Program-made: the position numbers and the translations under genes
The notes under the pieces: generated by a model
The model's input: only the letters and a program-made list of their open reading frames with translations
Told to the model about the DNA's origin: nothing
The model's database searches: none
NCBI GenBank assembly: GCA_963755125.1
Contig: CAVWIP010000017.1
Location: 352,001 to 416,000 of the forward strand
DNA: 64,000 nt
Direction: 5' to 3'
Source of the DNA: an uncultured delta proteobacterium
GTDB taxonomy: Bacteria; Myxococcota_A; Polyangia; Fen-1088
Shown: positions 49,668 through 59,523 of the stretch, one piece after another
How the letters are laid out: every line of letters starts with the position of its first letter
How positions within the stretch are numbered: position 1 is the first letter of the stretch

Positions 49668-50933
49668 CTAGGGCTCTGTCCCGGCGTCGGCCGGACGGTC
49701 GGACGCCCCCAGCATCAGCGGACTCACAGGCGAAGGTGGAGCGGTCGACGGTGACGCCAGCTTGCCGTGCGAGGCGAGGCTGGCTCTCTCGAAGTTGCGA
49801 TCCGGTATCCTGGCACGCTGGGCGACCAGAAACAGGGCCCCGGCCAGCGCCGCCAGCAGGGTGACGAGAACGAAGGCAAGCAGAGAGCGAGCCTCCGGGA
49901 TGGGCTGCGCGGGCGCGGCTTGCGCCTCGGGACGTCGGGTGTTGGCCGTGGGCTCCTCGGGCGCCATCACGTCGGACATGGTGGACCGCAATTCTTGCGC
50001 GGAGCTGGTGTCGCCGGTCACCCTGTCGGGCGTGGCCGGGCGTCTTGCAGGCTCGGGGTCTTCCGGATCCTGACCCGGGTCGTAGGGAAGGAAGCTCACT
50101 TGGTCATCGGCGCCCGGTTCGGGCAAGCCTGGACCGTCGAAGCGGGCGAGGACCACGGTGATGTTGTCGGGGCCGTCGTGGGCGTTGGCGCACGCGATAA
50201 GCTGATCGCAAGCCTTTCTCACGTCGGGCTCATCGAGCAGGATGCGTTTGATTTCCTCGTCGCTGACCGGGCCGTGCAATCCATCCGAGCAAACCAGAAC
50301 GACATCGCCGCGACGGAGCGGAACCTGTGACAGCACGACCTCGACCTTTTCCTGCACGCCCAGCGCCTGCAGGATGATGTTGGCGTGCTCGAAGCCCTTG
50401 GCCTCTTCCAGTGTCATGGCGCCGGCTTCGATGAGCTGCCAGGCCAGAGACTGGTCCTTGGTGGTTTGGCTTAGTTGACCGGCACGCAGCACGTAGCAGC
50501 GCGAGTCCCCGATCTGCCCTATCAGCAGGGTTGCGTCGACCAGCCCGACCGCGGTGCAGGTCGTCCCCATGCCGCGTTCGCTCTGGTTGTCGCGCGATTG
50601 GGCGAAGATGCCGTCGTTGGCATCCTCGATGGCACGGCGCACACGACGCGCGAAACGTTCCCGCGACAGCGTCCCGGCGCTGCCGACCGCCGATGAAATG
50701 GATTCGACAGCCATGTTCGAGGCGACCTCGCCCGCTGCGGCCCCGCCCATGCCGTCGCACACCAGGAACAGGGCGCCCTTCTCTCCCAGCGAAAATTCGA
50801 GTGAGGCGTCGGGCGAAGGCTTTTGCGCGCCGGCGAAGTCCACCACGAGGAAGTTGTCCTCGTTGTGCTCGCGCATCAGGCCGACGTCGGTCTTGCCGTA
50901 GACCGTGATCTTGATTTCAGGAGAGATTGCCAT
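49668..50933 (-). CDS. PP2C-family Ser/Thr phosphatase with C-terminal TM helix
   Basis: REHNED, CDGMGG, GDSRCY, CSDGL, GPDNIT. Confidence 0.95.
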   Translation of the reverse strand: MAISPEIKITVYGKTDVGLMREHNEDNFLVVDFAGAQKPSPDASLEFSLGEKGALFLVCDGMGGAAAGEVASNMAVESISSAVGSAGTLSRERFARRVRRAIEDANDGIFAQSRDNQSERGMGTTCTAVGLVDATLLIGQIGDSRCYVLRAGQLSQTTKDQSLAWQLIEAGAMTLEEAKGFEHANIILQALGVQEKVEVVLSQVPLRRGDVVLVCSDGLHGPVSDEEIKRILLDEPDVRKACDQLIACANAHDGPDNITVVLARFDGPGLPEPGADDQVSFLPYDPGQDPEDPEPARRPATPDRVTGDTSSAQELRSTMSDVMAPEEPTANTRRPEAQAAPAQPIPEARSLLAFVLVTLLAALAGALFLVAQRARIPDRNFERASLASHGKLASPSTAPPSPVSPLMLGASDRPADAGTEP

Positions 50934-50985
50934 CGGCGGGGCTCTGACTCGTCGTGATCTGTCGCCTCTTCCTATTAGCTTCGCC

Positions 50986-51894
50986 TCAACCTATCTCGAA
51001 GCGCAAGAGTTCATCGCCTAGTCGAATCATTTCTCCTGGGGAGAGGGCGTGTTGCCCGGTCAGGCGGACAAAGGTGCCGTTCGAGCTGCCCAGGTCGGAG
51101 AGGAGAGCAACGCCACCGCGGAACTGAAGCAGCGCGTGGCGGCGCGACATGAATTCATCGTCGGAGAAGACCATATCGCCTTGCTCGCGACCGATGACCA
51201 GATCGCTGCGGGTCAGGTGGAATACGTCACGGCTGGTCCCCGCCGAGGTGAGCTGACGCAGCCGTCCCCAGGGCGCCTTAAGCGGCGTGCCGAACAGGAC
51301 CACGCCGTGCTCGACGGCAGGACGCAGGGTCTTCTCGACGTCGGACAGAAACTCGAAGCGCATGACCTGCTTGCCCACCAGGATCAGGCTGCCGTCGGCC
51401 AATTCCACCGGTTGGCTGATGCGGCGGTAGACGCCGTTGCGGGTTTCCAGCGGCGTGAGCACGTGCTGGCCCGCGCGTAGGCTGATGCGGGCATGGCGTG
51501 GGGCGAGGTGCGGATCATCGAAGTGGAGATCGCCTTCACTGCGTCCGATGTCGACTTGCTCGCCGGGCAGTGGGTATGATTCGCCGTCACTGCCATCGGG
51601 TCGCACGGCCACCAGGCGTGGCCCGCCGGACCGACTGGCGGCCACGACCGACGGTCGGGCCACCACTGCCGCGGCCAGGGCAGCCGAGGCGTCCGCGTTC
51701 ATCGGGGTGGTGCGGCCGAGTCGGCGCCCGCAGGCGTGGCAGAAGTTGGTCCCCATCGGGTTCTGGTTCCCACACCCGGAGCAGACCAGCGATGAGTCGT
51801 CCGCGGGCGGCAGCCCCACGGGGGCGCCGCAGCGCTGGCAAAAGGCAGCGCCATCCGCGAGAGCCCCGCCACATTGGAGACAGCTAATGAGCAT
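50986..51894 (-). CDS. Double zinc ribbon plus tandem FHA domain protein
   Basis: Four CxxC pairs; IGRS...PRHA...RNGVY and IGRE...SRRHA...SSNGTF. Confidence 0.92.
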   Translation of the reverse strand: MLISCLQCGGALADGAAFCQRCGAPVGLPPADDSSLVCSGCGNQNPMGTNFCHACGRRLGRTTPMNADASAALAAAVVARPSVVAASRSGGPRLVAVRPDGSDGESYPLPGEQVDIGRSEGDLHFDDPHLAPRHARISLRAGQHVLTPLETRNGVYRRISQPVELADGSLILVGKQVMRFEFLSDVEKTLRPAVEHGVVLFGTPLKAPWGRLRQLTSAGTSRDVFHLTRSDLVIGREQGDMVFSDDEFMSRRHALLQFRGGVALLSDLGSSNGTFVRLTGQHALSPGEMIRLGDELLRFEIG

Positions 51895-52026
51895 CTTCCC
51901 TAGTCGTTGCTAGAAAGGGCCGGCGAACATTGCAAGGCAGCCCATCCTCTACTAGAAGGCGAGCGGGACGTTCACTGTCGAGACGGGCATGACACCCACC
52001 CATTCACCGTGCAGCAACTAATACCA

Positions 52027-53175
52027 ATGATTTCGGAGAGCGTCAAATGCGCGCGAGGCAGGCATCTGGCGAAATTGACCCTGGCTGGCTCGCTCGCTGT
52101 TCTGGTATCGTCGTGTGGCCCAGTGGTGGAGAGTGCGCCGTTTTCAGCGCGCCCGGATACGCTGCGGCCAGGCGACCTCCTCGGCCCCTACGACGGGTTG
52201 GTGGTCGACGGAGAAACCGAGCGGCCGCTGGCCGGGGCCGTGGTAGCAGGAGCATGGGCGTTCGAGCGTGGCATCGGCCTGCAGGGGCCGGCGGCCGCTC
52301 TCGAGGCCACTACCGAGACTGGCGCCGACGGACGCTATCGTCTTAGCATCCCCGAGGATCTGCCGCGGGGCGAGGGCGTTCGCCTCCGACGCTTCACCCT
52401 CATCGTCTACCGGCGGGGGTACGTAGGCTGGCGCAGCGACAGCAGCTTCCCGACCGGAGAGCCGCGCCACGACTTCGCCCAGCGTGCAAACCGCGTGCGT
52501 CTGGAAAAATGGCAGTCCTCTTTCTCCCACTATCGGCACCTGGTCTTTTTGGGCGGCGGCCCTGCCATCCGGACCGCGGCGGCTTGGGAGGTGCAGCCGG
52601 CAGGACTGGAGTTGGACGGCGCTTCGCCGGCAACCGCTTCTCGGCACCTGGCGGAAGACGCGCGGGTCGGATCTTCGGCTTCGCTCGACATCTCGCCGCT
52701 TCTGTCCGAGGACGAGGTGCGTGGCGTGACCGGGTACGCGGGCAAGTTCGAGGTGGGCAAGTTGGCTGACCGAGCCAGCAGCGACATCTATGACAGCCGA
52801 CACTTCAAGGCCAGCGACAAGCCCGAAACCTATGACGTCGGCCTGCGGGTGTGGGCCATCGGGTCGGAAGCCGTCGAGGCGCAGTTCAGAAAGCTGCTCG
52901 GCGAGTTGCCGGGCGCGGTTGCGACCGAGGAGATGGGAGACGCATCGCTGCGGGCCAGGGGCGGCGACGTCACGGGGTTCGCCTTCTTACTGCGCGATAA
53001 AGGGGTCGTGATGCAGCTGAGTTGCGGCCTTGCCCAGTGCTCTGAACCGTCGATGATCCTGCGCCTTGCCAAGCTGGCGGAGAGCCATTTGCCCGAGGTC
53101 AAACTCCCCTCGCCCGAGAGCACGGGGCTTCTGCCGCCGTCGGGCCCTTCGCTCGCGCCGGGAGGCAAGCCATGA
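52027..53175 (+). CDS. Lipoprotein with carboxypeptidase-regulatory-like domain
   Basis: Lipobox VSS-C, GLVVDGETERPLAGA, TGADGRY. Start uncertain. Confidence 0.7.
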   Translation: MISESVKCARGRHLAKLTLAGSLAVLVSSCGPVVESAPFSARPDTLRPGDLLGPYDGLVVDGETERPLAGAVVAGAWAFERGIGLQGPAAALEATTETGADGRYRLSIPEDLPRGEGVRLRRFTLIVYRRGYVGWRSDSSFPTGEPRHDFAQRANRVRLEKWQSSFSHYRHLVFLGGGPAIRTAAAWEVQPAGLELDGASPATASRHLAEDARVGSSASLDISPLLSEDEVRGVTGYAGKFEVGKLADRASSDIYDSRHFKASDKPETYDVGLRVWAIGSEAVEAQFRKLLGELPGAVATEEMGDASLRARGGDVTGFAFLLRDKGVVMQLSCGLAQCSEPSMILRLAKLAESHLPEVKLPSPESTGLLPPSGPSLAPGGKP

Positions 53176-54614
53176 GGCGCACAAACCTTGCGCGGGCCAG
53201 AGGCGCGACGCTCGTGTGCGCGGGCGCGCTGTTCATTCATGCAACCGCACGCGCGTATGAGCCGGCCACCACGCATGCGGGGCTGACCGCACGAGCGGTG
53301 GAAACGTCACGGCTTCACCATTTGCTCGCTCGCCTGGGGCGGCCGCTGGGACTGCTCGAGCCTTTGCGCATTGGTTTCGACCTGTTCGGCCGCGACGAGC
53401 GGCGAGCCTTGCAGGCGCGGCTCGACGCGCTCGACCCGGCAGGCGGTTACCGGCCCGGACCCGACGGCGTGGCGGGCGCGGCCCACTGGGTGGTGGCGGG
53501 TGCGGTGCTGGGCAAGACGCCGCCCGAGCGCGGTGCCGACCACTTTTTGGATCCGGCGACCGGGAAGGGCCTCTACGACGATCCGGGGCTGTCAGGTGTC
53601 GCCCACGGCGTGCGTCTGCTTTTTGACGGTGGCACCAGCGTGCGCGGGCTTGCCGCGGGCACCGCTTTCACCCTGAGCGGCAAGTCCGCGCTGGATTGGA
53701 TCGAGTCGCCCGACAACGATCTGGGACTTCCCGTCTTCTTCGACAACTGGGAGCGTGCGGTGAGCTTGGCTGAGCCGCGCGAGCGCGAGTCAGCGCTGGT
53801 GCGCGCTTTGCTGGCCATGGGTGGGGTGATGGCGGTGCTCGAGGACGCGGGGCAGCCGGCCTTCGTGCGCAATGACTTCCGGGGCGCGTTCCTGCAGCGG
53901 GACGATGGTTCGGCCTACGAACAGTTCGTGGCGGAGCACTACGGCCGCGCTGGGCTTCCTGCCGCGGCGGCGCCGGTGTCCCGGCCCGACATTACCAGTT
54001 TCTTCGCGTCCGCCGATGGGAAGGGACTCGCCAATCGCACTCAGCGTCGTTTCTTTTCCGAGGGCACGATTCCAGCCGACGTCTCACTCGAACGGAACAG
54101 CAAGGCCGCCGACGTGCTTCGCCGTGCGCGTGAATCTCTGGTGTTTCCCTCGCCCACGCTGTCCGGACTCGTGCTGAGACCAACGCAACACCGCCGCTAT
54201 TTGGCCCTGGAAGGCCATCGCGTGCTGGCCTACGAAAACAATGGCACCCAGGTTCGTTTTTTTCTCGATGACGCCGTCTATGCGGACATGGCGCGAACTC
54301 TCTTGCCTGAGGTCGCTGGCTACGCCGCGGGCCTGCTCAACCATCTTGTGCGCGCAAGCTTGGAGATGAGTGTCACGGGAAACAAGGTGACGGTGCGCCT
54401 GGACGGCGAGGTCAAGCAAGGCGGGGCGCTGCGCGTATTCGCCGAGGACGGGAGCGGGCGTCGGCGGGAGTTGCCCGGAGTCGCTGCGACCTTGGAGCCC
54501 GGCGGTGAGGTTGCGGTCGCCGTGCCGGTCGGGGCCAAGAAGCTGGCCGCGGTGCTGCGCGGGCGCGATGCCGGCGAGCCTTTCGTGGCGGCAGGCGAGG
54601 TGACGCTGCCGTGA
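53172..54614 (+). CDS. Secreted hypothetical protein, possible degenerate phospholipase C/P1 nuclease fold
   Basis: Signal peptide, mature N-terminus YEPATTH, DHFLDP, VLEDAGQPAFVRND. Confidence 0.6.
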   Translation: MRRTNLARARGATLVCAGALFIHATARAYEPATTHAGLTARAVETSRLHHLLARLGRPLGLLEPLRIGFDLFGRDERRALQARLDALDPAGGYRPGPDGVAGAAHWVVAGAVLGKTPPERGADHFLDPATGKGLYDDPGLSGVAHGVRLLFDGGTSVRGLAAGTAFTLSGKSALDWIESPDNDLGLPVFFDNWERAVSLAEPRERESALVRALLAMGGVMAVLEDAGQPAFVRNDFRGAFLQRDDGSAYEQFVAEHYGRAGLPAAAAPVSRPDITSFFASADGKGLANRTQRRFFSEGTIPADVSLERNSKAADVLRRARESLVFPSPTLSGLVLRPTQHRRYLALEGHRVLAYENNGTQVRFFLDDAVYADMARTLLPEVAGYAAGLLNHLVRASLEMSVTGNKVTVRLDGEVKQGGALRVFAEDGSGRRRELPGVAATLEPGGEVAVAVPVGAKKLAAVLRGRDAGEPFVAAGEVTLP

Positions 54615-54671
54615 AGATGAACGAGCGATCTCGTCCACCTGTCTGAACAAGACCTGATAAATTCCGGCGCC

Positions 54672-56168
54672 ATGAATTGGCTTCGGAATCTCTGGCGACG
54701 GCTGGACTTACCGGCGATCGGTCTGGCCATCGCGTTCGCGCTGGTGGCACTGGTCCATCTCTTCCGGAACGGCCAGGGCCTGGCCGCGAAAGAACTGAGC
54801 CTCGACGAGGCGGGCACTTGGGGAATCGCGGCGCAGTCCTTCTGGCGAAACTGCACCCTGCCCACGGAATTCCATTCACAGCCACCGCTGTACTATTTCC
54901 TGCTCCACTTCCTCGTGAAGTTTGGCGAATCCGAGCTGTACATGCGCTCCATTTCCTGGCTCTTCTGCCTCGGCGTCGTCGGCTTCGCGATCTTCGGACT
55001 GCGCGAGATCAACCCGCTGTCGCGGGTTTTGCTTGCGGTGATCTTCGTCCTCAACAACCTAACCAACTGGATTTCCCGCAACGTGCGACCCTACGCCATG
55101 GCGGCACTGGCCGGCTTCCTCTCGTTGGTCTTCTTCGTTCGTCTTATCGCCGAGCCTTCACGGAAACGAGCCACCGCCTACACTGCGGCGACGACCGTTG
55201 TGCTCTGGGTGACACCGCTCGCGGTCTGGACGTTCGCTGCGCAGATCCTCTATGCGCTGGTGCTCGTCGGCGTGCACCTGCCACGTCACGGTTTTCGCGC
55301 GACGATCGAACGCTACCGCCTGGTGGCCGCTTCCATGCTGGCCACGGGCTTTCTCTACCTTCCCTACTTCGTGATGGCCGTTCACTATCAACTCGCGCCG
55401 GGCCCCGGCCTGGGTCCGGCCCTGCACGCGGCGCTGAGCTGGCAGAATCTTCGTGGCGTGTTCGAATCATTCTTGCTGGTGGGCCTACCCTTTTCCCTTG
55501 CGCTTCTGGGTCTGATCTTGCTGGCGGTCGTCGCTGAACTGGCGGCGCGACGAGCGGCGGTCCTGCTTTGGCTCATGGTCGCAGTCGGACACGTTGGATT
55601 CGCCTACGGCTTCCTGTTGGGACGAACCGGAGTTTTCTACCATTACATGACTCCGGCCTTTCCCGCCTTCTGTTTTCTGGTGGCGCTAGGCTTTCACCAC
55701 CTCAGCCAGGGCGCCAGTCGACACGCCTTCAAGGTCGCGGTGACAGTTGTTTTTCTGCTCGCCTTGACCTACTTCGGTGAGTTCCGCGCTTCGGTTGCGG
55801 CGCCCATGCCCGACCATGGCTGGCGCCGCGTTCGCGCGGCACTGGCCGCCATTCCCGGGCAAAAGGTGATCTTTTTCGATACCGGCTACGATGGACAGTT
55901 TCTCGAGTACTACGCGCGCAAGGATCACGATCTGGTTTTTGCCACGATGAAGGGCACCGGGTGGTCTTCCGGCGGCGCCGGCTTCCTTCAACCGAGCTAC
56001 GTGCAAGGCGTGATCCGCGAACACGGGACCAAACCGGTCTGCTACCTGTACCGTGTGGACGAGGGGCCGCGCAGCCAGTACCGATCGACTTTCGTGCCGG
56101 CGGTCAAGACCCTTGGATACGTGGAGATGCCCGGGATCGAGGGCATCCACCGCTACTGTCGCCCCTAG
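54672..56168 (+). CDS. GT-C (GT39/PMT-like) membrane glycosyltransferase
   Basis: LSLDEA, QPPLYY, RPYA motifs and multiple TM helices. Confidence 0.78.
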   Translation: MNWLRNLWRRLDLPAIGLAIAFALVALVHLFRNGQGLAAKELSLDEAGTWGIAAQSFWRNCTLPTEFHSQPPLYYFLLHFLVKFGESELYMRSISWLFCLGVVGFAIFGLREINPLSRVLLAVIFVLNNLTNWISRNVRPYAMAALAGFLSLVFFVRLIAEPSRKRATAYTAATTVVLWVTPLAVWTFAAQILYALVLVGVHLPRHGFRATIERYRLVAASMLATGFLYLPYFVMAVHYQLAPGPGLGPALHAALSWQNLRGVFESFLLVGLPFSLALLGLILLAVVAELAARRAAVLLWLMVAVGHVGFAYGFLLGRTGVFYHYMTPAFPAFCFLVALGFHHLSQGASRHAFKVAVTVVFLLALTYFGEFRASVAAPMPDHGWRRVRAALAAIPGQKVIFFDTGYDGQFLEYYARKDHDLVFATMKGTGWSSGGAGFLQPSYVQGVIREHGTKPVCYLYRVDEGPRSQYRSTFVPAVKTLGYVEMPGIEGIHRYCRP

Positions 56169-56169
56169 A

Positions 56170-58008
56170 CTAGCGTTGCAATACGTTGTCCGAGACGCTT
56201 GCGCCGCCGGCTTCCAGCTTGCCCGCCAGGCGAGACGGCGTGCGGGTGGCGATGAAGCGCCCTTTGCCCTTGCCCTTGCTTTGCCAGGCCAGCAGGGTCT
56301 CAGCACGCAGTTCACCAGCCGATCCCAGAGTAGGCTCTGCGATCTCCATGATCCGGATGCTCCCATCCGTCTGGGTGACGGCATGGACGAGAACGTCGAG
56401 AGTCGATCCGAGCAGGTCATTCGGTGTCGAAGCGGGACCGTAGGCCGTGCCCATCACCCGCAGCCGGTAGAGGGCATCATTCGCCGATCGGGCGGTCAAC
56501 GCGGCCAGAGCGCCGTTCTGGCCCTGAGCACATTCTCGCAGCAAGTCGCCCAAGAGCACGGACGCGGCCGCGTCGGCCACGACGTAGTCGGGTCGCAGCG
56601 CCACCGCCGCAGCGACCAGATCTGGGCTGCGGGCTGCGACCGGCAGCTTCAGCCAGGCCGATGCACTGGCAGGCGCGCTGATGGTCTCGGCCAAGATCAC
56701 CACGCGTGCCACGCGATCGAGCGACCAGGCCAAGGTGCCCAGCAGCAGGTCGCAAGCCTGACGGTCGCCTGCGATAAGCAGGTTCTGTCGCGTGCTCACG
56801 CACGCTTCGAGGACTTGCTGCATCTCGGGCGAGATGCTTCCGTCGTCCGCCAGCTCTTCCAGCGTCTTGCGGTCGACGTTGGGCCGCCGGATCGAGGCGT
56901 GCAGACGCTCGCACAGCGGGGGGAAGAGGGCCGTGATGTGCGTGCCGTCAGCCAGGGTGGTATCGATGACCGGCGCATCGGGCTCCGGCCGCGGCACGCC
57001 CTTGGCCGCCAGCTTGCGCAGATGGTCCGCCAGCGCAGCCAGGTCGGCGGAAGCCACAACGGCCGGCTCTCGATGACCGTTGCGCTCAACTTCCACTGAC
57101 TGGGTGCCGACGAAGAACGCCGCGGTCGTGCCCTCGCCGCTCAGCAGGCGAGCCAGCCAGGGTAGAAAGTCTCCGCTCACCGGAGCATGGGCCGGGGGAG
57201 GCATGGCCGGGGCATGCGGGGCCGGCGGGGATGCGGCGGGGGGCACGGGCACCGGCGCTGACGGCGACGCTGGCGCCATGGGGTGCTCAAGTTCCTGAAG
57301 CGGCTGGGGCGCTGATGTGCCCCGCGGTGTGGTGAGGGGTTCATCGGGCGAAGGCGACGGGATGGGAACCGGCGGCTTGAGCGGCGGAAGGTTCAGATGT
57401 GGTGCGGGGCTGAGGCTATCGTCGTCGTCCAGGCTTATTTCCGTCGGCAGCGGAGGCGCAAGAAATGCGTCCACGGCAACCGGCATAGAGTTACTCTCTC
57501 GCTTTGGGGGGGGCGGGGGTGGCGGTGACATATGGGGCGAGGATCCGCGCGCGGGCAGGGGGCCAGAATCCTCATTGGCCTCGTGCTGGGCCGCGGGCCG
57601 TGGGGGCGGGGGCGGCGGTGGTGGCCGCCGAGGCAAGGCGGTGCTGAGCGAGCCCGCTTCGGGCACCGAAGCCACGTACGCCGGCGGCGCGACGCCGGGT
57701 TGTGAGTCGGCTGTGGCGAGCCCGCCGGCGACGCGAATGACGAAATCTCCGACGAACACCTTGTCGGTTGTGGAGATGGAAGTGGCCTCCGCGATCTTGC
57801 GGCCATTCACATAGGTCCCGTTGGTGCTGCCCAAATCCTCGACCACGAGCTGGCCGTTCTGAAGCAGCAGGCGGCAGTGGTGCTTGGACACGTTGCCCTT
57901 GGGAAGCACGATGTCGTTGTCCCGCACCCGTCCGACCCGGATTTCCGTCTTGTCGAAGCTGAGCTCCTTGGAGTCTCCGCCTTTCTCGGCCAGCGTCAGG
58001 ATCAGCAT
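56170..58008 (-). CDS. FHA domain, Pro-rich linker and degenerate CpaF/TadA-like ATPase domain
   Basis: VGR...VSKHHC...GSTNGTYVNG; PVIDTTLADGT, SIRR, LRPD, DGSIRIMEIAE. Walker A absent. Confidence 0.8.
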   Translation of the reverse strand: MLILTLAEKGGDSKELSFDKTEIRVGRVRDNDIVLPKGNVSKHHCRLLLQNGQLVVEDLGSTNGTYVNGRKIAEATSISTTDKVFVGDFVIRVAGGLATADSQPGVAPPAYVASVPEAGSLSTALPRRPPPPPPPPRPAAQHEANEDSGPLPARGSSPHMSPPPPPPPKRESNSMPVAVDAFLAPPLPTEISLDDDDSLSPAPHLNLPPLKPPVPIPSPSPDEPLTTPRGTSAPQPLQELEHPMAPASPSAPVPVPPAASPPAPHAPAMPPPAHAPVSGDFLPWLARLLSGEGTTAAFFVGTQSVEVERNGHREPAVVASADLAALADHLRKLAAKGVPRPEPDAPVIDTTLADGTHITALFPPLCERLHASIRRPNVDRKTLEELADDGSISPEMQQVLEACVSTRQNLLIAGDRQACDLLLGTLAWSLDRVARVVILAETISAPASASAWLKLPVAARSPDLVAAAVALRPDYVVADAAASVLLGDLLRECAQGQNGALAALTARSANDALYRLRVMGTAYGPASTPNDLLGSTLDVLVHAVTQTDGSIRIMEIAEPTLGSAGELRAETLLAWQSKGKGKGRFIATRTPSRLAGKLEAGGASVSDNVLQR

Positions 58009-58147
58009 GGCATCACGCTAAGCAAAAATGCGCCCCTTGTCCACGCCGTCGTGGCATTGGCAACTACCACGGCGGCCCGGTCTGTGGTGGAATGGAAGCC
58101 GGCTCGCAACGGAAGCAAGTAGCAACTACCCAGATGGAGGCGTGACC

Positions 58148-58741
58148 ATGCAGATCCAGAGAGCAGCGGCTTTGGCCGGAATGTTGACTGTGGCAATCAG
58201 CCTCGCAGGTCGCGTCGGCGCGGACGGAACAAAACCAAAGTATTACTTCACTATAAGTAACATAACTTCAGAAGATACAACGATTATTCCTTTGGCGAAA
58301 GAACTCTTGGCCAAAGAGATTTCGAGCCGGTCCGAGTTCACCCAGGACCTGGGCGGCGCCGAGGGCGAGGCCGCCGCGGCTGCAGAGATGCGGAAGCGGG
58401 GGCTGCAGGGTTTTCAGGTGAACCTGCGCATCATGAGCTTGAAGAAGGAGATCAAGCCGCCGACGCCAGGCCGGCGCGACAGGCAGATGGCCATTCAGGT
58501 AAAGCTCGGTGTGTACGGCACGACCTACCCTGGGGGCAAGCTCAACTTCACTGGCGATGGCGAGGCTTCGCTGACCGGCGATTTTTCAGAGCGCCGAATG
58601 GACAGCGATATCGAGGATCTGACGAAGATGGCCTTTGCCAGTGCGCTCAAGCAGGCTGTCAGCACGGCGGTAGCCAAGATGACCACGGCCACTCTGCCAG
58701 ATTCTCCTCGCCGCAAGGGCAAGAAGCACAAGCCCCAATAG
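58148..58741 (+). CDS. Secreted hypothetical protein
   Basis: GGAGG RBS, signal peptide, basic tail. Confidence 0.7.
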   Translation: MQIQRAAALAGMLTVAISLAGRVGADGTKPKYYFTISNITSEDTTIIPLAKELLAKEISSRSEFTQDLGGAEGEAAAAAEMRKRGLQGFQVNLRIMSLKKEIKPPTPGRRDRQMAIQVKLGVYGTTYPGGKLNFTGDGEASLTGDFSERRMDSDIEDLTKMAFASALKQAVSTAVAKMTTATLPDSPRRKGKKHKPQ

Positions 58742-58767
58742 AACTATTCGCTAAACTGTTTTCCGCT

Positions 58768-59508
58768 ATGCGTTTCCATCGGCAAGGCTTTCAAGCCCAC
58801 GTAATCCTCACGCTTTTGCTTCTGCTCGGCGCTTGCAAGAAGGGCACACCGCCGGCGCCGCCCCCCACGGCGCAGGCTGAGTTGCCGCCGTTCGAGGTGA
58901 GCAAGGATTCGGCCCTGCTCTTCATCCACGTTGAGCCCAACGGGAACTTCGCCACTACCGACAAGGCTGATTCGGTGCCCGAGGTTGCCCGGCGCCTGGT
59001 GCGGGTCATCGACCCAGCCAAGGGTGCAGCCGAGAGGCGTGACACCTCAAGCGTCTACGTCGTCGACCTGCGTGAGTTGCTTGGCAACGGCAAGGCGCGG
59101 GCACGCACCATGTCTCGCGAGGCCTTCGAGACCGGCGCGCTGGCGCAGTTGCCGCCAGGGGATTCCAGTGCCCTGGCCGGACCGCATGGTCCTGCCTTGC
59201 CCGAGGAGCCCGAGCAGGCCGCTTCGGACGCTGGGATCGCAGGTCAAGGCGGCCCGCCGGTGGTCATCCTCTACGGGACACCGTGGTGCGGGGCGTGCAA
59301 GGCGGCACGCCAGTACCTGAGTTCCAAGCACATCCCCTTCGCCTACAAGGACATCGAAAACGATCAGTCCGCTGCGCGCGAGCTGCAACAGAAGGCCTCG
59401 CGCCTGGGAATTCCGGCGGATCGGGTACCCATCCTCGACGTGCGCGGACGCCTGCTGGTCGGATTCGACCGGACGCGCCTGGAGGCGCTGCTGGGCGATG
59501 CGACCTAG
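58768..59508 (+). CDS. Lipoprotein with C-terminal glutaredoxin-like domain
   Basis: Lipobox LGA-C, YGTPWCGAC, VP motif, VGF. Confidence 0.85.
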   Translation: MRFHRQGFQAHVILTLLLLLGACKKGTPPAPPPTAQAELPPFEVSKDSALLFIHVEPNGNFATTDKADSVPEVARRLVRVIDPAKGAAERRDTSSVYVVDLRELLGNGKARARTMSREAFETGALAQLPPGDSSALAGPHGPALPEEPEQAASDAGIAGQGGPPVVILYGTPWCGACKAARQYLSSKHIPFAYKDIENDQSAARELQQKASRLGIPADRVPILDVRGRLLVGFDRTRLEALLGDAT

Positions 59509-59523
59509 AGGCCGCTGGGCAGA

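Noticed and set aside
58255..58282. TTATGTTACTT on the minus strand resembling a dif XerD arm
   Set aside because: No XerC arm at the correct spacing, it lies inside a CDS, and it is near parAB rather than an expected terminus.
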